From Opitutaceae bacterium (GTDB lineage Bacteria > Verrucomicrobiota > Verrucomicrobiia > Opitutales > Coraliomargaritaceae), in contig JBPOFY010000003.1 in assembly GCA_051252375.1 (NCBI GenBank), positions 192,001-256,000 of the forward strand: a DNA stretch of 64,000 nucleotides, written 5' to 3'. Numbering within the stretch: position 1 is the stretch's first letter; every line of letters starts with the position of its first letter. Below the pieces are notes generated by a model. That model was not told the origin of the DNA. It ran no database searches and was given only the letters and a program-made list of their open reading frames with translations. Positions 1 through 11,045 of the stretch are shown here, one piece after another. Position numbers and translations under genes: made by a program.

Positions 1-1030
1 TGAGGTCGTTGATTGTGCTGGCGACGCCGTCAATAGTGATGCGATTTTCACCCTCTGTTTCGGTGCTGGTGAAGTGTATGTTCTCTGGGCGTGTCTGGTT
101 GAGCGCCTCTAGAATCGCGATGGGGCGCAACTCGTTTTGAGCGACCTGTTCCAGCTTGTTCATTAGAGTCTGCTTGTCTTCAATCCGAGCAACGGTGGGT
201 TGTTGTGTGACAACTTGTTGCTTTTGTGTGTTCAGCCATGCGTTTGCTGCGAGCAGGGCGATTTCAAGACCAATGAGCAGGATCGCACAGAGTGCTGCCC
301 AAGCTGTGATTTTAGTGAGTAGTGCACTGGTGCGACGAGCGTTACGCTCCGCTTCTTTAAATGCCCCAGTGCGAACATCAGATTGCCAAAGTGTTTTTTC
401 ATTGGGGCTGAGCGAAGTCCAGTGCCCGTAGTCTTCGTGGACAGTGGTGCCTTCTTCGGCGAACTGAAAAGTGGGGATCCCTTGTTCGCTGATAACCGTT
501 TCAGCTATGGTGGCCTGGAAGTGGCTCTTTACCTTGAAGGCAGGTTCAAATTCTGCGCGTAGCGAGTCGATGCACTGGGTGACTTGGTCATGCTTGTTGC
601 TTGAAGCGACGGCGTGTGGCACTTCGGAGCCGCTTTCAAAGTAGAGCAGTGTGACGCACTCGTTATAAATTAGGGCAATTTCGGTGCTCTCTGGGAAATG
701 TGCGCCTTGCAGTGCGGCAAAATCGGGTAACACCCATATGTATTGATCGATGTCTTGCACGCCGATTTGCTTCAATCGGTCCCGATGCGTGGCATAAATA
801 AGAATGCTTGAGGCACCTTCAGAATATAGAAAGCCCCAGTTTAGCTGCTCGATCGGGAAGGGGGCGATGCCCTCAATGCTGAGTTCGGCAAAATCGGCCA
901 CTTCGTCCGTTTCAAGGGCCGGCGGTAATTCGACGCTTTCAACAAAAAACAAATGACCGGGTAAGAGCAGGACGGATTCGGCCTTCTCGGGTTCGGGTAT
1001 TGTTGTTTCAGTTGTAGGGGTGGATTGCAT
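1..1030 (-). CDS. GspL/PilN-like type II secretion inner-membrane platform protein (partial, runs off the left edge)
   Basis: Not in the ORF track. Hand translation from the ATG at 1030 gives MQSTPTTETTIPEPEKAESVLLLPGHLFFVESVELP...APFPIEQL..., a TM segment (ITAWAALCAILLIGLEIALLAA), then a PilN-like C-terminus (ILEALNQTRPENIHFTS...ITIDG). It lies directly downstream of gspK. Confidence 0.7.
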   Translation of the reverse strand, partial: MQSTPTTETTIPEPEKAESVLLLPGHLFFVESVELPPALETDEVADFAELSIEGIAPFPIEQLNWGFLYSEGASSILIYATHRDRLKQIGVQDIDQYIWVLPDFAALQGAHFPESTEIALIYNECVTLLYFESGSEVPHAVASSNKHDQVTQCIDSLRAEFEPAFKVKSHFQATIAETVISEQGIPTFQFAEEGTTVHEDYGHWTSLSPNEKTLWQSDVRTGAFKEAERNARRTSALLTKITAWAALCAILLIGLEIALLAANAWLNTQKQQVVTQQPTVARIEDKQTLMNKLEQVAQNELRPIAILEALNQTRPENIHFTSTETEGENRITIDGVASTINDL

Positions 1031-1039
1031 TACAATTGG

Positions 1040-2302
1040 TTAGAATGAATCGGCTTCTTCGCCGATGTCCATAGCGGAATAGCGTGCAGGCTGAGTTGTT
1101 GAATTTTCCTGAGTATATTCGCTGATTAGTAGCAGCTTAAAGGGGTATTGGATGGCATCTTGTTCACTGGTGGCACCGGTTTTGGGTGTATCACTGTCAG
1201 CGGCACTGCCGGGAGCACTGGCGGCGGTCGATGCCCCCCCTTCTTGGCTACTTTCAAAGTTCGGTTCGACAAGTGCGGATAGGATAAAAGGCGCATTGCC
1301 TCTATTTAAACGGATCGTGATTCGTAGAAGTCCAGCTTCGACCCCACCGGTCTGGGAATTAACGCTGTCGGGAGTGCTGGTTAAGTAGGGTTCATCCAAT
1401 CCATCAAACAGAGTGTCGCTCTGAAAACCCTCTTCCAGTGCGAGTGTTTCGAGCACTTCGCTAGATGCGGCATTGATATTAACCGGACCGGAATTGATGA
1501 CCGAGACGAGGCCTGACAATTGTTCGAATAGTTCGTTTGGGCGTCCGTTTTCATCGAAAAACTCGTCCTCCCACGTTTGTAAATAGCGCAACTCTTCGAG
1601 TGTTTGTAGTGGGCCATTGGCCGCCTTATAGCCTGGATTACGACTGAGATATTCTTCTGATTCGGCACCATTGAGGCGGCGACCATCGTCGGCGTCGATC
1701 CAGTCTAGCAGCGAACTGCTGAGCTCGCGGGCAGTCCCGAAGTCCATATCCAGTTGATCTTCAAGCAGGCTATTGAGCAGTTCTTCACTCATCGTGTTGA
1801 GTGGGAGTTTGCCTCCTTCGTCGGTGATCGTGATTTGCACGTCCCAGTCGTTTGGTATTTTGATGCCCGCATATGCTATGGGGTTTGACCAACCTTGTTC
1901 GGGGGCATGGATTTTGCCATCATCAATGAGGGCGACTTCATGCACGGTAGCGAGTGTGACTTCCAGCATACTATATGCGAAAGCACGCACGTCGGTAGGC
2001 TCGTTAAATATAGATCGATACTCCAGGTCATCGACGGCTTCTTCCATGAATCGAGTGATCAGGAAAGAGAGCAGAAGGATGATTGCCAGGACGGCGACGA
2101 GAATACTGCCGCGCCTGCGCTCGGAAGAGCGGGAAGTGAGAAGAGTTGAGTGGTGGGCCAGTCTCGCCGAGCGCGCAGATTCTGGGTTGTCATTGCCCTG
2201 CTGGCTAAAGATGCCTGGTCGCATTGGCGAACGGCTGGTTCGGCGCGCAAGCGCGACCTTAGATTTGTCTTTAGTGTTCAGCATCTTAAAACAACAACGC
2301 AC
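1040..2302 (-). CDS. gspK: Type II secretion minor pseudopilin GspK (true start probably downstream of the ORF-track start)
   Basis: RRRG|SILVAVL leader, DEGGKLPLN, LLDWIDADD and NGPLQTLEEL motifs; position after the GspJ-like gene. Confidence 0.85.
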   Translation of the reverse strand: MRCCFKMLNTKDKSKVALARRTSRSPMRPGIFSQQGNDNPESARSARLAHHSTLLTSRSSERRRGSILVAVLAIILLLSFLITRFMEEAVDDLEYRSIFNEPTDVRAFAYSMLEVTLATVHEVALIDDGKIHAPEQGWSNPIAYAGIKIPNDWDVQITITDEGGKLPLNTMSEELLNSLLEDQLDMDFGTARELSSSLLDWIDADDGRRLNGAESEEYLSRNPGYKAANGPLQTLEELRYLQTWEDEFFDENGRPNELFEQLSGLVSVINSGPVNINAASSEVLETLALEEGFQSDTLFDGLDEPYLTSTPDSVNSQTGGVEAGLLRITIRLNRGNAPFILSALVEPNFESSQEGGASTAASAPGSAADSDTPKTGATSEQDAIQYPFKLLLISEYTQENSTTQPARYSAMDIGEEADSF

Positions 2303-3092
2303 TGGTTGAAGGGACAGGTATCGTCAGGCTGCGCTCTTTAGTTTCATCTTCATATTCAAAAGTGAGTTTTATGAAACGGGGTAGTAGGAACTCTTCGTCG
2401 CCTTCGCCCTCCATGAGTTTGTCCTCAACCTCCCATTGTTCAATTTTTTCATCCCAATAGACGTATTGTATATCGGTGACAAGTTGACTGATTTCGGTGC
2501 GACGTAAGTCATTAACGTCTTCTACTTCTTCTTGTAAGATCGAATACCAGAGCAAGCTGAGACCTTCGCCATCTTCGAAATGAATAAATGCTTCTATGCC
2601 GATGATGGGCTCATCGTCTAGATTGATTAGGAGTGGTGGGACCTCGATGAGCTTAAAGCTTATGAGAGGGTCTTCGTAATCCGCAGATCCGGGGAGGCGC
2701 CCTAAGCCGACGGGTTCTTCTGAGGATCGCAAGAGACCGCCATTCTCGGATGTGGCTTCGTTGTTGCCGCCCCCAACCTCGAGGCGGACTTCGCCTTCAG
2801 TTGAAGTATCTGTGTTGTCTGTCGTGCTGTCTCCTAAGGCGACTTCCATACCTGCGCTGGTGAAACAGGCGTTGAGGAATTCCGTTACACCGTCGACATG
2901 GTCTTCAAAGAAGTGACGTTCTTCGCGATCCACCCAGATCCTGCTAATCGAGACGACAAACGATGTGGCTGCTGCGAGCACGAAGCCGGTGATTGCGATA
3001 GCAAGTATCACCTCCAGGAGCGTGAACGCGCGCTTTGGGGATTGATTGTCGAACTTTGAATTTCGACCGGTGAATGTATGTGATGATATCAT
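2286..3092 (-). CDS. gspJ: Type II secretion pseudopilin, GspJ-like
   Basis: Prepilin motif KRA|FTLLE, C-terminal LPRFIKLTF, G-H-I-J-K gene order. Confidence 0.7.
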   Translation of the reverse strand: MISSHTFTGRNSKFDNQSPKRAFTLLEVILAIAITGFVLAAATSFVVSISRIWVDREERHFFEDHVDGVTEFLNACFTSAGMEVALGDSTTDNTDTSTEGEVRLEVGGGNNEATSENGGLLRSSEEPVGLGRLPGSADYEDPLISFKLIEVPPLLINLDDEPIIGIEAFIHFEDGEGLSLLWYSILQEEVEDVNDLRRTEISQLVTDIQYVYWDEKIEQWEVEDKLMEGEGDEEFLLPRFIKLTFEYEDETKERSLTIPVPSTSALLF

Positions 3093-3095
3093 TCG

Positions 3096-3563
3096 TTAGA
3101 AGCTGTCGAAGTCACGTGAATCGAGAAGGTCATCCTTTTTCTCCTGTAGCAGGTCGGATCGTTCGCTCGAATCCGACCATGTTGGACGGAGTAGGTAGAG
3201 CGTCTCTTGGTGTGTCGCCTCCTGTTCCTCTTGTGGGTCAAGGAATTCGATGAATAGTTCTACATGGAAGAGGTCGATGACATTGGTCGGTTCGATCTCT
3301 GCGCGCCATGTGGCTTCGCCGTTGCTCAGTGTTTCAATTTCGGCGCCATCTTCGGCGTCATCGAGATTGGGTGTTAATAGGAGTTGTAGGCGCACTGCGC
3401 GTATGTCGGCGTTGCGTATGTCGTTGCTCTGCACGCGGTCACGCAGAAGCAAGGCGTTGACGAAGGTCGAGCTCAGCACTGTTGCAGCCATCGCAAAGAG
3501 TGCAACGGCGATCACCACTTCGATCAGCGAGAAACCTTTTTTGTGGTGCTTCTGTTTGATCAC
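3096..3563 (-). CDS. gspI: Type II secretion pseudopilin, GspI-like
   Basis: KKG|FSLIE prepilin motif, 155 aa, gene order. Confidence 0.7.
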   Translation of the reverse strand: MIKQKHHKKGFSLIEVVIAVALFAMAATVLSSTFVNALLLRDRVQSNDIRNADIRAVRLQLLLTPNLDDAEDGAEIETLSNGEATWRAEIEPTNVIDLFHVELFIEFLDPQEEQEATHQETLYLLRPTWSDSSERSDLLQEKKDDLLDSRDFDSF

Positions 3564-4072
3564 TCGACACTCCTTCTAAGGCTTGAAAAAGGGTCAAAGA
3601 CCATGCGTTCGGGTGTGCCGTTTCCGGTATATATGTCCACGACGAATGGGCTGGAGCTTCGGTCTGGGGCGAATAGCACTTCGGTGGTTTCGAGTTTGGT
3701 TTGCTCAGGGTCACTATATGGGCTGAGCCCACGCGATGGTGGCACCAAATAGAAACGTATTTCACTTTGACCGTTTTCGCTAAATTCAGGACCTAATGGA
3801 TAGGTGGCCCCTGAAGACAAGACGAGCGATCCGCTTTCTTTGTCGACGCTTAGGCGGACAATGGTGCGTTCGCTGGCAGCATCAAATCGAGCCTGTCGAA
3901 TGGCTGCGCGCAGAGATTCCTCCGTGTTCAGTTTGCCTCCGCGATCTGCCATGCTCGCAAAGTTGGCAATCATTAGACTGCCAGCTAGCGCGATCAGACC
4001 GAGAACCAGAATGATCTCGATGATGGAGAATCCGCGTGATACGCGTGTTCGATTACCAATTGCCGATGTCAT
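3560..4072 (-). CDS. gspH: Type II secretion pseudopilin, GspH-like
   Basis: SRG|FSIIE prepilin motif; directly after gspG; ARFDAAS helix typical of GspH/FimT. Confidence 0.7.
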   Translation of the reverse strand: MTSAIGNRTRVSRGFSIIEIILVLGLIALAGSLMIANFASMADRGGKLNTEESLRAAIRQARFDAASERTIVRLSVDKESGSLVLSSGATYPLGPEFSENGQSEIRFYLVPPSRGLSPYSDPEQTKLETTEVLFAPDRSSSPFVVDIYTGNGTPERMVFDPFSSLRRSVE

Positions 4073-4502
4073 CGGCGCTTTCTACTCCGTCGGTTCCGAA
4101 GGACCATACATCATAACCTTTGGCACCATTGATGTTCTTTGTGCCAGGATAGCGATATTGATAAGGGTTATCCCAAGGATCCATTGGGAGTTCCTCTAGG
4201 TAAGGACCCTTCCATTTTCCTTCTTTTCCGGCAGGTGCAGTTATTAAAGCTTTTAGTCCTTGTTCCGTCGTTGGGTAGTTGCCCATATCCAACTTATAGG
4301 GGACGACGCCGAGTTTGACGGTTTGACTGACGAAGATGTCAGCGACTTTCTCTTGCTGGCCACCAAAGATACCGCCGATATTGCCGACCACGAGTGTCAA
4401 AAGCAGGGCGATGAGACCGATGACGAAGAGAATCTCAATCAAACTGAAACCGCTACGACGGCTCGGATGTTGTTTGGAGAGTAAGGAATGTGTTGTTTGC
4501 AT
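4053..4502 (-). CDS. gspG: Type II secretion major pseudopilin GspG
   Basis: SG|FSLIE leader; GNYPTTEQGL, WKGPYL, DPWDNPYQY and DDIGNW signatures; ATG at 4502. Confidence 0.95.
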   Translation of the reverse strand: MQTTHSLLSKQHPSRRSGFSLIEILFVIGLIALLLTLVVGNIGGIFGGQQEKVADIFVSQTVKLGVVPYKLDMGNYPTTEQGLKALITAPAGKEGKWKGPYLEELPMDPWDNPYQYRYPGTKNINGAKGYDVWSFGTDGVESADDIGNW

Positions 4503-4586
4503 AATTAAAAACAGTGGGGTGACTCGTGTCTGACAGCTCAATTCATACGAAGTGCCAAACTTTCTGCATAGCAGAAATAAGGTGAC

Positions 4587-5057
4587 TTAAGAGCCGAAAG
4601 GAGGGCGTGAAAAGGGCGAGCGAGTGCGAGAAGGACCTTCATCGCGGATTTTGACGACTTCGTCGTAGATTTCCGGACTGAAGAATTGCTCACCTTTGCG
4701 GACTGCTTCAATTGCCTTTTTGAGTTCTTCCAAGCCGGAAATCTTATTGATAAAGCCATCGGCTTTGCCATGGACTGCGATTTTAACGGTTTGGTGAGAG
4801 GTTTTGCCTGTGAATATCAGTATTTTGATATTTGGAAATTTACGTTTGAGCAGGTGTAGAATCTCCAATCCGTTGACTTCCGGGAGTTGGATATCGACGA
4901 TGACGAGGTCGGGTGCGAGCTCAAGGCATTGCTCGGCGCCTTCGCCACCGTCGCCAGACATTCCGATGACTTCTAATTCCGGGAATGTGGTTGCGAAAAA
5001 CGTGGAGAGTAGATTGCGGAGAATCTCTTCATCTTCAATTATATAAACGGTTTTCAT
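4587..5057 (-). CDS. NarL-type receiver-domain response regulator without a DNA-binding domain
   Basis: IIEDE, VIVDIQLP, INK and FFSPEI motifs; ends at 156 aa with no LuxR HTH. Confidence 0.85.
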   Translation of the reverse strand: MKTVYIIEDEEILRNLLSTFFATTFPELEVIGMSGDGGEGAEQCLELAPDLVIVDIQLPEVNGLEILHLLKRKFPNIKILIFTGKTSHQTVKIAVHGKADGFINKISGLEELKKAIEAVRKGEQFFSPEIYDEVVKIRDEGPSRTRSPFSRPPFGS

Positions 5058-5148
5058 AGGTGTCTCAAGTAGGCAGTGTATCTTTAACTAAGTAAGTTTC
5101 TTGAATATCTTAGTGTCGAGGGTTTTTCGACGGAATTATGCAAAACAA

Positions 5149-5164
5149 TGGCGCAATGACTGCT
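5149..5164 (+). promoter_or_regulatory. Possible sigma-54 -24/-12 promoter upstream of the MoxR operon
   Basis: TGGCGCaatgaCTGCT: GG at 5150-51 and GC at 5162-63, canonical spacing, about 95 nt before the ATG. Confidence 0.3.
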
Positions 5165-5256
5165 TGTGAATAGACTGTTAAATCAAGTTCGTTAGTAATG
5201 TCAGTATTGCATGCTTCGTATTGCTTTGGAGATAGTTTCAATTAATATACCTATTT

Positions 5257-6225
5257 ATGAGTTCTAAGACAGTTATCCCGGCACCACGCGCGTTTGAGAC
5301 GGTTGAGCGATTGCGCAAAAACATCGAACGGACAATACGCGGCAAAACAGAGGCCGTGGATAAGGTAATTACCTGTTTGCTAGCTGGAGGGCATATACTG
5401 ATTGAAGATTTGCCGGGATTAGGGAAGACCACGCTGGCATATTGCTTGGCACGCTCCATCGATTGTAGTTTTTCCCGCATACAGTTTACCAGCGACATGC
5501 TACCTTCCGACATTATCGGGGTGTCCATCTATGACGAGCGTGAGCGAGAATTCACTTTCAAGCGCGGGCCGATCTTTGCAAATGTCGTGCTAGCCGATGA
5601 AATCAATCGGACCACTCCCAAGACGCAGTCGAGTTTACTTGAAGTCATGGGGCGGGCGAAGATATCTGTTGATGGTCAGACCTATACCGTGCCACCTCCT
5701 TTTATGGTCATTGCCACTCAAAATCCGGTGGATTACGAAGGCACCTTCCCGTTGCCCGAAAGTCAGATGGATCGATTCCTTATGCGTATCGAAATGGGGT
5801 ATCCTGAATTTGAATACGAGTTAGATATTTTAAAAGACGGACACTTGCACTATGATAACTTAGAGGCTTCGCCAGTCGTTTCGAAGAAAGAGATATTAGA
5901 GCTGCAGGGGTTTACTCGCGACGTGTTCATCGAAGATACGGTCTATGAGTATATTGTGAAGCTCGTCACGGCGACACGCGCGGAATCTGAATTCCGGTCC
6001 GGAGTGAGTCCTCGCGGGACATTGTCTTTAAAGGCAGCCGCGCAAGCGCAGGCACTCGCTCAAGGGCGTGCTTTTGTTATGCCAGAGGACGTGCAGGCGC
6101 TGGTGCTTCCTGTCTGGGGGCATCGCTTAGCGTTGCGTAAGCCGATGTCTGACCCGATGGAAGAACGGCGCTCAGTGGAAGGGCTTTTGCAAAAGATCGT
6201 CGAAGCCACCCCTGAGCCCACCTAA
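5257..6225 (+). CDS. moxR: MoxR family AAA+ ATPase
   Basis: Walker [41 protein letters not shown]. Confidence 0.95.
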   Translation: MSSKTVIPAPRAFETVERLRKNIERTIRGKTEAVDKVITCLLAGGHILIEDLPGLGKTTLAYCLARSIDCSFSRIQFTSDMLPSDIIGVSIYDEREREFTFKRGPIFANVVLADEINRTTPKTQSSLLEVMGRAKISVDGQTYTVPPPFMVIATQNPVDYEGTFPLPESQMDRFLMRIEMGYPEFEYELDILKDGHLHYDNLEASPVVSKKEILELQGFTRDVFIEDTVYEYIVKLVTATRAESEFRSGVSPRGTLSLKAAAQAQALAQGRAFVMPEDVQALVLPVWGHRLALRKPMSDPMEERRSVEGLLQKIVEATPEPT

Positions 6226-6296
6226 GTGAGTGGCATCCATTCCTACACTGTCTTGCGCATGGGGCTTTCCTATCGCAACCATGGGTTCTGGAATCA

Positions 6297-7463
6297 TTGA
6301 ATAACCGTATTATGTTGAATCGGAATGAAGAGTTGCAGCGCTGGCATGACTGGACCAGCCCAGACTTTTTTGAAACCACGAGTGACCGAGAGACGCCTGT
6401 GGTGCCTTTGTTTTTGAGGCAATTATTACCTGTTCGGTTCCAGAAGACCAAGCTGACCATGATTGGTTGGATGTTGGTGATCGTCGCGATGGGTATCGGT
6501 TCGGCGGCTTATAATACCGCCAGCAATATTTTGTTTATGACACTCTCGCTGCTACTCAGTAGTTTGGTTTTGAGCGGCATACTTTCTTTGATTAATTTTC
6601 GAAGCCTCCAGTGGAGCATGGGGGCTCCTCGTCACTTACAGGTCGGTGAAGTCGGCATGGCTGAGGTGGAAGTTAGGAATAATAAGCAAGTATTTCCAAC
6701 TTTGGGCATTTGTTTCGAAGTCGGGAGTTCTGCATCAGATAAAGCCGAGCACTTATACTTAAATCATGCGATCAAAGCGGGTGATGCCGTGAAATTGGAT
6801 TGGACTTTTATTCCGCGTAAACGAGGGCGCTGTGAGATATTTCTTTCCGGAGTCGAATCACAATTTCCATTTGGTTTTCTTAAGAAGATAATGGGGCACG
6901 AACTCAGGGAAGAAGTCTTAGTTTGGCCGCAGCAAATCGACTATATGTTTACCCTCGAGAACAATGGGCAGCGAATTCTCTCCGGAAATTCGAAGCGTAA
7001 TGCAGGTCTGGGTAGTGATTTACTCAACTTAAGGCCTTACGCACCTGGAGACCCTCCTAGGCTGGTTCATTGGAAAGCGACGGCGCGCTTAGGGAAATTG
7101 ATGATTCGTCAATTAGCTCAAGAAGGAGAGGGCGGCTATCACCTAATTTTGGATACGGACAGTCAGCAATGGAACGATGAGGTATTTGAGACCTTATGCT
7201 CTCTGGTATGTTCATTAGCCGATGCGCTCTTTCATGCTGGTCGATTGGAGACTGTCGTCGTGAATGGGGCGTCACCATTGAGTATTCGCGGTTTACGCGA
7301 CTTACATGACTTTTATGATTGCTTGGCTCTATTGGAAACCGTGCCGCATGGCGTGGCATCTGTAGAGATGTCGCGTGGCAATCAAATAACTTTTCGACCG
7401 TTGGGGGAGCGGGGTGTAGCGATTTATGTCGATGAGACACAAGCAGGTCAGACTCACGACTGA
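6297..7463 (+). CDS. DUF58 domain membrane protein (MoxR partner)
   Basis: Two N-terminal TM helices, FPFG, LRPYAPGDPPRLVHWKATAR motif; follows MoxR. Confidence 0.9.
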   Translation: MNNRIMLNRNEELQRWHDWTSPDFFETTSDRETPVVPLFLRQLLPVRFQKTKLTMIGWMLVIVAMGIGSAAYNTASNILFMTLSLLLSSLVLSGILSLINFRSLQWSMGAPRHLQVGEVGMAEVEVRNNKQVFPTLGICFEVGSSASDKAEHLYLNHAIKAGDAVKLDWTFIPRKRGRCEIFLSGVESQFPFGFLKKIMGHELREEVLVWPQQIDYMFTLENNGQRILSGNSKRNAGLGSDLLNLRPYAPGDPPRLVHWKATARLGKLMIRQLAQEGEGGYHLILDTDSQQWNDEVFETLCSLVCSLADALFHAGRLETVVVNGASPLSIRGLRDLHDFYDCLALLETVPHGVASVEMSRGNQITFRPLGERGVAIYVDETQAGQTHD

Positions 7464-9627
7464 GGAGTCCAACCAAGTGAAGTGGTTGTTGGGGAGCCTG
7501 CTAGGTTTGCTTTCACTTTGGTCGCTTTGGTCGCTCGATTTGCAGAGCGGTCTGTATGTCATCGTCGGTGTGCTTTGCGTGGCCTACAGCTTAGTGCTAC
7601 CGCAACACGTGTCTCGTTTGCCTGTGCGAATTTGGCGACCCGTTGGCTTCGTGCTCTTCTTGATTGTCGGCATGGATTTCGTCATTCACTTGCCTGAGTT
7701 TATGCCACCGCTGGTGCGTATGGTTGTCATGCTCTTAGTGTATCGGACTTTCGCTCCGCGACATCGCCGTGAGGATTTGCAGTTGGTGTTGTTGTCCTTG
7801 TTTTGCCTGGTGATTTCTGGGGTATTAACGGTTTCCCTACTGTTTGCATTTCAAATTCTCATCTTCACGCCGGTGGCGATGAGCATGCTGTTTTTGATTT
7901 GCTTATTGGATCGTCATAACGCCGCTGACACACCTGCAGTCAGTTGGGAGCGGTTCAGCCATCGGAGATTATTGCGCCGCCTATTCCTTATTCTGGATTA
8001 TAAGGTTTTGTTTTTGGGCAGCCTGATGTTTGCATTTGTTGTGGCGGTTTCTACGGTTTTATTCATCCTGACTCCACGGTTCAATATCGAGCAGGCGATT
8101 CCCTATTTGCAGATAAAGACGCAACCAAAGGCGGGATTTAGCGAGAATGTGAAATTGGGCAAAGTTTCTGAAATCGCATCGGATCGTTCGGTAGCAATGC
8201 GTGTCGATGTGCCTTCACTTGAAGCAATTGATCCGTCTCCATATTGGCGTATATTGACTTTGGATAAATATGATTCTGGTAATTTCCGAACATCGAATAG
8301 TTTAAAGGGATCCGCATTTCGGACATATCCGAGAACACGGGAATTGATGGGGCGAGATATGGTGAGTAGCGATGTCAAGCTAGGGCGTGAATCCGGTGAT
8401 CGGTGGACATTATATTTAGAGGGTGGAGTGGCTCAGTTTTTACCAATCCCAGGTTTATTTCATTCGATGCGTTTTGAAGGTGTTCAGGATTTAAGAGTGC
8501 TCCCGGGGCTGCATCACGTCGGACTAGATTCTGTCAGGCAGCGGGTGTTTTCGTATCAAATTGAGGATTTAAGATGGACGCACCGCTTTCCTGCGTTGCC
8601 ATTGGAAAGGGATGCGTTTGCAGCGCTCCCGATGTCCGTCGAGGGGGATGATTTAGATTATCCATTAACAACGCTAGAGTTGATCTTGAATGAGGTGGAT
8701 CGTGCATTTCTCACAGACTTGAATGCATCGATTGTTGGATCGTCGGAGGCTTTGGATGCTGCGAGTTATAGTGAGCAGGTGACGAACTATTTATGGCGTC
8801 GCTATAAATATACGCTAACGCCTGAACCAATCGATGAGAATGTAGATGCTGTGGTCGGCTGGTTGCGTGACAGTAAAGCCGGGCATTGTGAGTATTTTGC
8901 TGGGGCGTTTATTTTATTGGCGCGCGATGCGGGTTATCCTGCGCGTATGGTGGTTGGTTTTTCTGGTGGCGCATGGAATGTGGTGGAGGAGTATTTTGTC
9001 ATTCGAAACGACAATGCCCATGCGTGGGTTGAAATTTATGATGCTGAGACGAATGAGTGGCTTCGTGTGGATCCGACTCCGGGCAGTGGTTCCAGTAATC
9101 CGGATGTATCGACTCCTGGATCGCAGATATATGAGGCTGGTTGGGATGCTTGGCTCGATAGCTTACGAATTCAGTGGTATCGGCGTGTGGTGAATTTTGA
9201 TCAGAGGGATCAACTCGATATGGCGGTCACCATGAAAGATGCGTGGGATGATATCGCGAAGCAGTTCAGCGAGCGGATGAAAGTGCTTGGTGAGCGCCTA
9301 AAGAGCTGGTGGAAACAACCATTCAGTAGGAGTAGTTGGATACTGGTCGGCTATGTGGCGTTGATCGTTGGTGGTGTATCTATGCTCTGGTGGGTTCGAT
9401 ACAGTATCTTGGGGCTCTTGCATCGTTTATTGAGACGACCTAAAGCATTGGACCCCGTGCGGCGACAAGCAGGACGCTATTTGAAGCGGATGAAGCTGAA
9501 AGGCTTGAACACTGCCACGACTAAGGAGCTGGAAGCCTTACGATTCGGTCCAGAGGTGGATCGTAAGTCGGCGCTACCTATTTTCCGTGAAGCGAGGCGC
9601 GCGTTACGTGCACGCCGTAAGGGCTAG
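7426..9627 (+). CDS. Membrane transglutaminase-like protein (TgpA/DUF3488 type)
   Basis: Multi-TM N-terminus; catalytic triad motifs [21 protein letters not shown]. Confidence 0.9.
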   Translation: MSMRHKQVRLTTEESNQVKWLLGSLLGLLSLWSLWSLDLQSGLYVIVGVLCVAYSLVLPQHVSRLPVRIWRPVGFVLFLIVGMDFVIHLPEFMPPLVRMVVMLLVYRTFAPRHRREDLQLVLLSLFCLVISGVLTVSLLFAFQILIFTPVAMSMLFLICLLDRHNAADTPAVSWERFSHRRLLRRLFLILDYKVLFLGSLMFAFVVAVSTVLFILTPRFNIEQAIPYLQIKTQPKAGFSENVKLGKVSEIASDRSVAMRVDVPSLEAIDPSPYWRILTLDKYDSGNFRTSNSLKGSAFRTYPRTRELMGRDMVSSDVKLGRESGDRWTLYLEGGVAQFLPIPGLFHSMRFEGVQDLRVLPGLHHVGLDSVRQRVFSYQIEDLRWTHRFPALPLERDAFAALPMSVEGDDLDYPLTTLELILNEVDRAFLTDLNASIVGSSEALDAASYSEQVTNYLWRRYKYTLTPEPIDENVDAVVGWLRDSKAGHCEYFAGAFILLARDAGYPARMVVGFSGGAWNVVEEYFVIRNDNAHAWVEIYDAETNEWLRVDPTPGSGSSNPDVSTPGSQIYEAGWDAWLDSLRIQWYRRVVNFDQRDQLDMAVTMKDAWDDIAKQFSERMKVLGERLKSWWKQPFSRSSWILVGYVALIVGGVSMLWWVRYSILGLLHRLLRRPKALDPVRRQAGRYLKRMKLKGLNTATTKELEALRFGPEVDRKSALPIFREARRALRARRKG

Positions 9628-10061
9628 GCGCCGAGGCGAATGGTATGCGACTGATTGCTGTCGATGCCGAGGTAGAGATGCCAGGCATCATCGGGCAGGC
9701 TGTCTGCGACACGCTCCGGCCATTCGACCGCGAGGCACCATGGTGGCTTGATGAAGTCGTCGATCATCAATGCATCGAGGTCGGCACCGGACTCGAGCCG
9801 GTAGGCATCGAGGTGGATGAGTTGGCGACTGCCTTGGTAGAGTGTGTAGAGATTGAATGTCGGGCTGGTGACAGCTTCATTGATTGCCCAAGCGCGTGCC
9901 ATGCCGCGAATGAAAGTTGTTTTGCCAGCACCTAGATCGCCGTGGAAGGCGAGCACGGTATCGTCGGGCACATAGGTCGCAAAATCGCGAGCGATTTGCT
10001 CGGTGGCTTCGGCGCTTTCTGTCACGATGCCGTGCTTGAGCTGTTGTATGATATCCGTCAT
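9624..10061 (-). CDS. tsaE: tRNA threonylcarbamoyladenosine biosynthesis ATPase TsaE
   Basis: [24 protein letters not shown] motifs. Confidence 0.95.
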   Translation of the reverse strand: MTDIIQQLKHGIVTESAEATEQIARDFATYVPDDTVLAFHGDLGAGKTTFIRGMARAWAINEAVTSPTFNLYTLYQGSRQLIHLDAYRLESGADLDALMIDDFIKPPWCLAVEWPERVADSLPDDAWHLYLGIDSNQSHTIRLGA

Positions 10062-11032
10062 TCAGGCACTAAATGGCGATACCCGTGAATCCATGGCAAG
10101 GATTCATTGTTTGCGGCATTTAAATATATTCCTGCATCATCTGCTTCGATGAATTGACCAATTTTGCTTAATTTGACCTGAGGGAACTCTGCCTGCCATT
10201 GTGCTTCAAAGTCCGCATTGGCGGCTTTTCCATCGACGACAAAAAGTAGTTCGTAGTCTTCGCCATCGCAGAACGCGTGCTCCATGGGTTCCTTGCCCGT
10301 GCTAGCAGCAAGTGTTTCGGCATCCTTTGAGACTGGAATATTCTTCAGGTATAGCTGCGCTGAGCTGTTGTCGGGCATGATCGCTTGCAGGTCTTTCGCC
10401 ATCCCATCGGTGATGTCGAGCATGGCACGGCATTCAGCTCGTGCGGCTAACCAGCGACCTTCATCGAGGCGCGGCATGAATGCATAGTGCTTCTTCAGAA
10501 TGCTGCCGCCCAGTTGCCCCGTCACGTAGATCGCATCGCCAACTTTCGCGCCACTGCGTAGTAGTGGTTTTTCGACGGTGCCAACGAGGGTTAAGGCTGA
10601 GGAGAATTGCCCAGCGGGCAGGGTGCTCACATCGCCACCCACGATGGAGAGTGCAAAGTGTTCGCAGGTCTGGCGTATGCCAGCGAAGAATGCTTCTAGC
10701 CAATCGATTGAAATGTCGGGTCCGCAGAGTAGGGCGAGCACGGCATGGCTGGGCGTGCCTCCCATCGCAGCGATGTCACTTAGGTTGCGTTTGATCAACT
10801 TTGCGCCGGCATCGTGCGCGGAAACAGTGGTGTCGAAATGAATGCCGTAAGTCAGCGTATCTGTGGTGATGATTTGCTTGAGGCCATTTGACGGTGTGAT
10901 GACCGCGCAGTCATCTCCCATGCCTTCGGGGCTCGGTGGACTCACTGGACCTAGCCAACGATGGATCATCTGAATCAAGGTGACTTCATCGAGAGCCCCT
11001 AGGTTATGATCTTTGTCGGTAAATAGGTTCAT
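10058..11032 (-). CDS. thiL: Thiamine-monophosphate kinase
   Basis: [29 protein letters not shown] motifs. Confidence 0.95.
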   Translation of the reverse strand: MNLFTDKDHNLGALDEVTLIQMIHRWLGPVSPPSPEGMGDDCAVITPSNGLKQIITTDTLTYGIHFDTTVSAHDAGAKLIKRNLSDIAAMGGTPSHAVLALLCGPDISIDWLEAFFAGIRQTCEHFALSIVGGDVSTLPAGQFSSALTLVGTVEKPLLRSGAKVGDAIYVTGQLGGSILKKHYAFMPRLDEGRWLAARAECRAMLDITDGMAKDLQAIMPDNSSAQLYLKNIPVSKDAETLAASTGKEPMEHAFCDGEDYELLFVVDGKAANADFEAQWQAEFPQVKLSKIGQFIEADDAGIYLNAANNESLPWIHGYRHLVPE

Positions 11033-11045
11033 TGACTTGATTCGA

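Noticed and set aside
4541..4558. Sigma-54 promoter upstream of gspG (minus strand TGGCACttcgtATGA)
   Set aside because: The -12 element is GA instead of the near-invariant GC.
4538..4771. Frameshifted LuxR HTH continuing the response regulator
   Set aside because: The alternative-frame translation has no HTH-like sequence.
5257..9627. MoxR-DUF58-transglutaminase operon as a novel system
   Set aside because: This is a known, widespread gene trio (TgpA-type operon).
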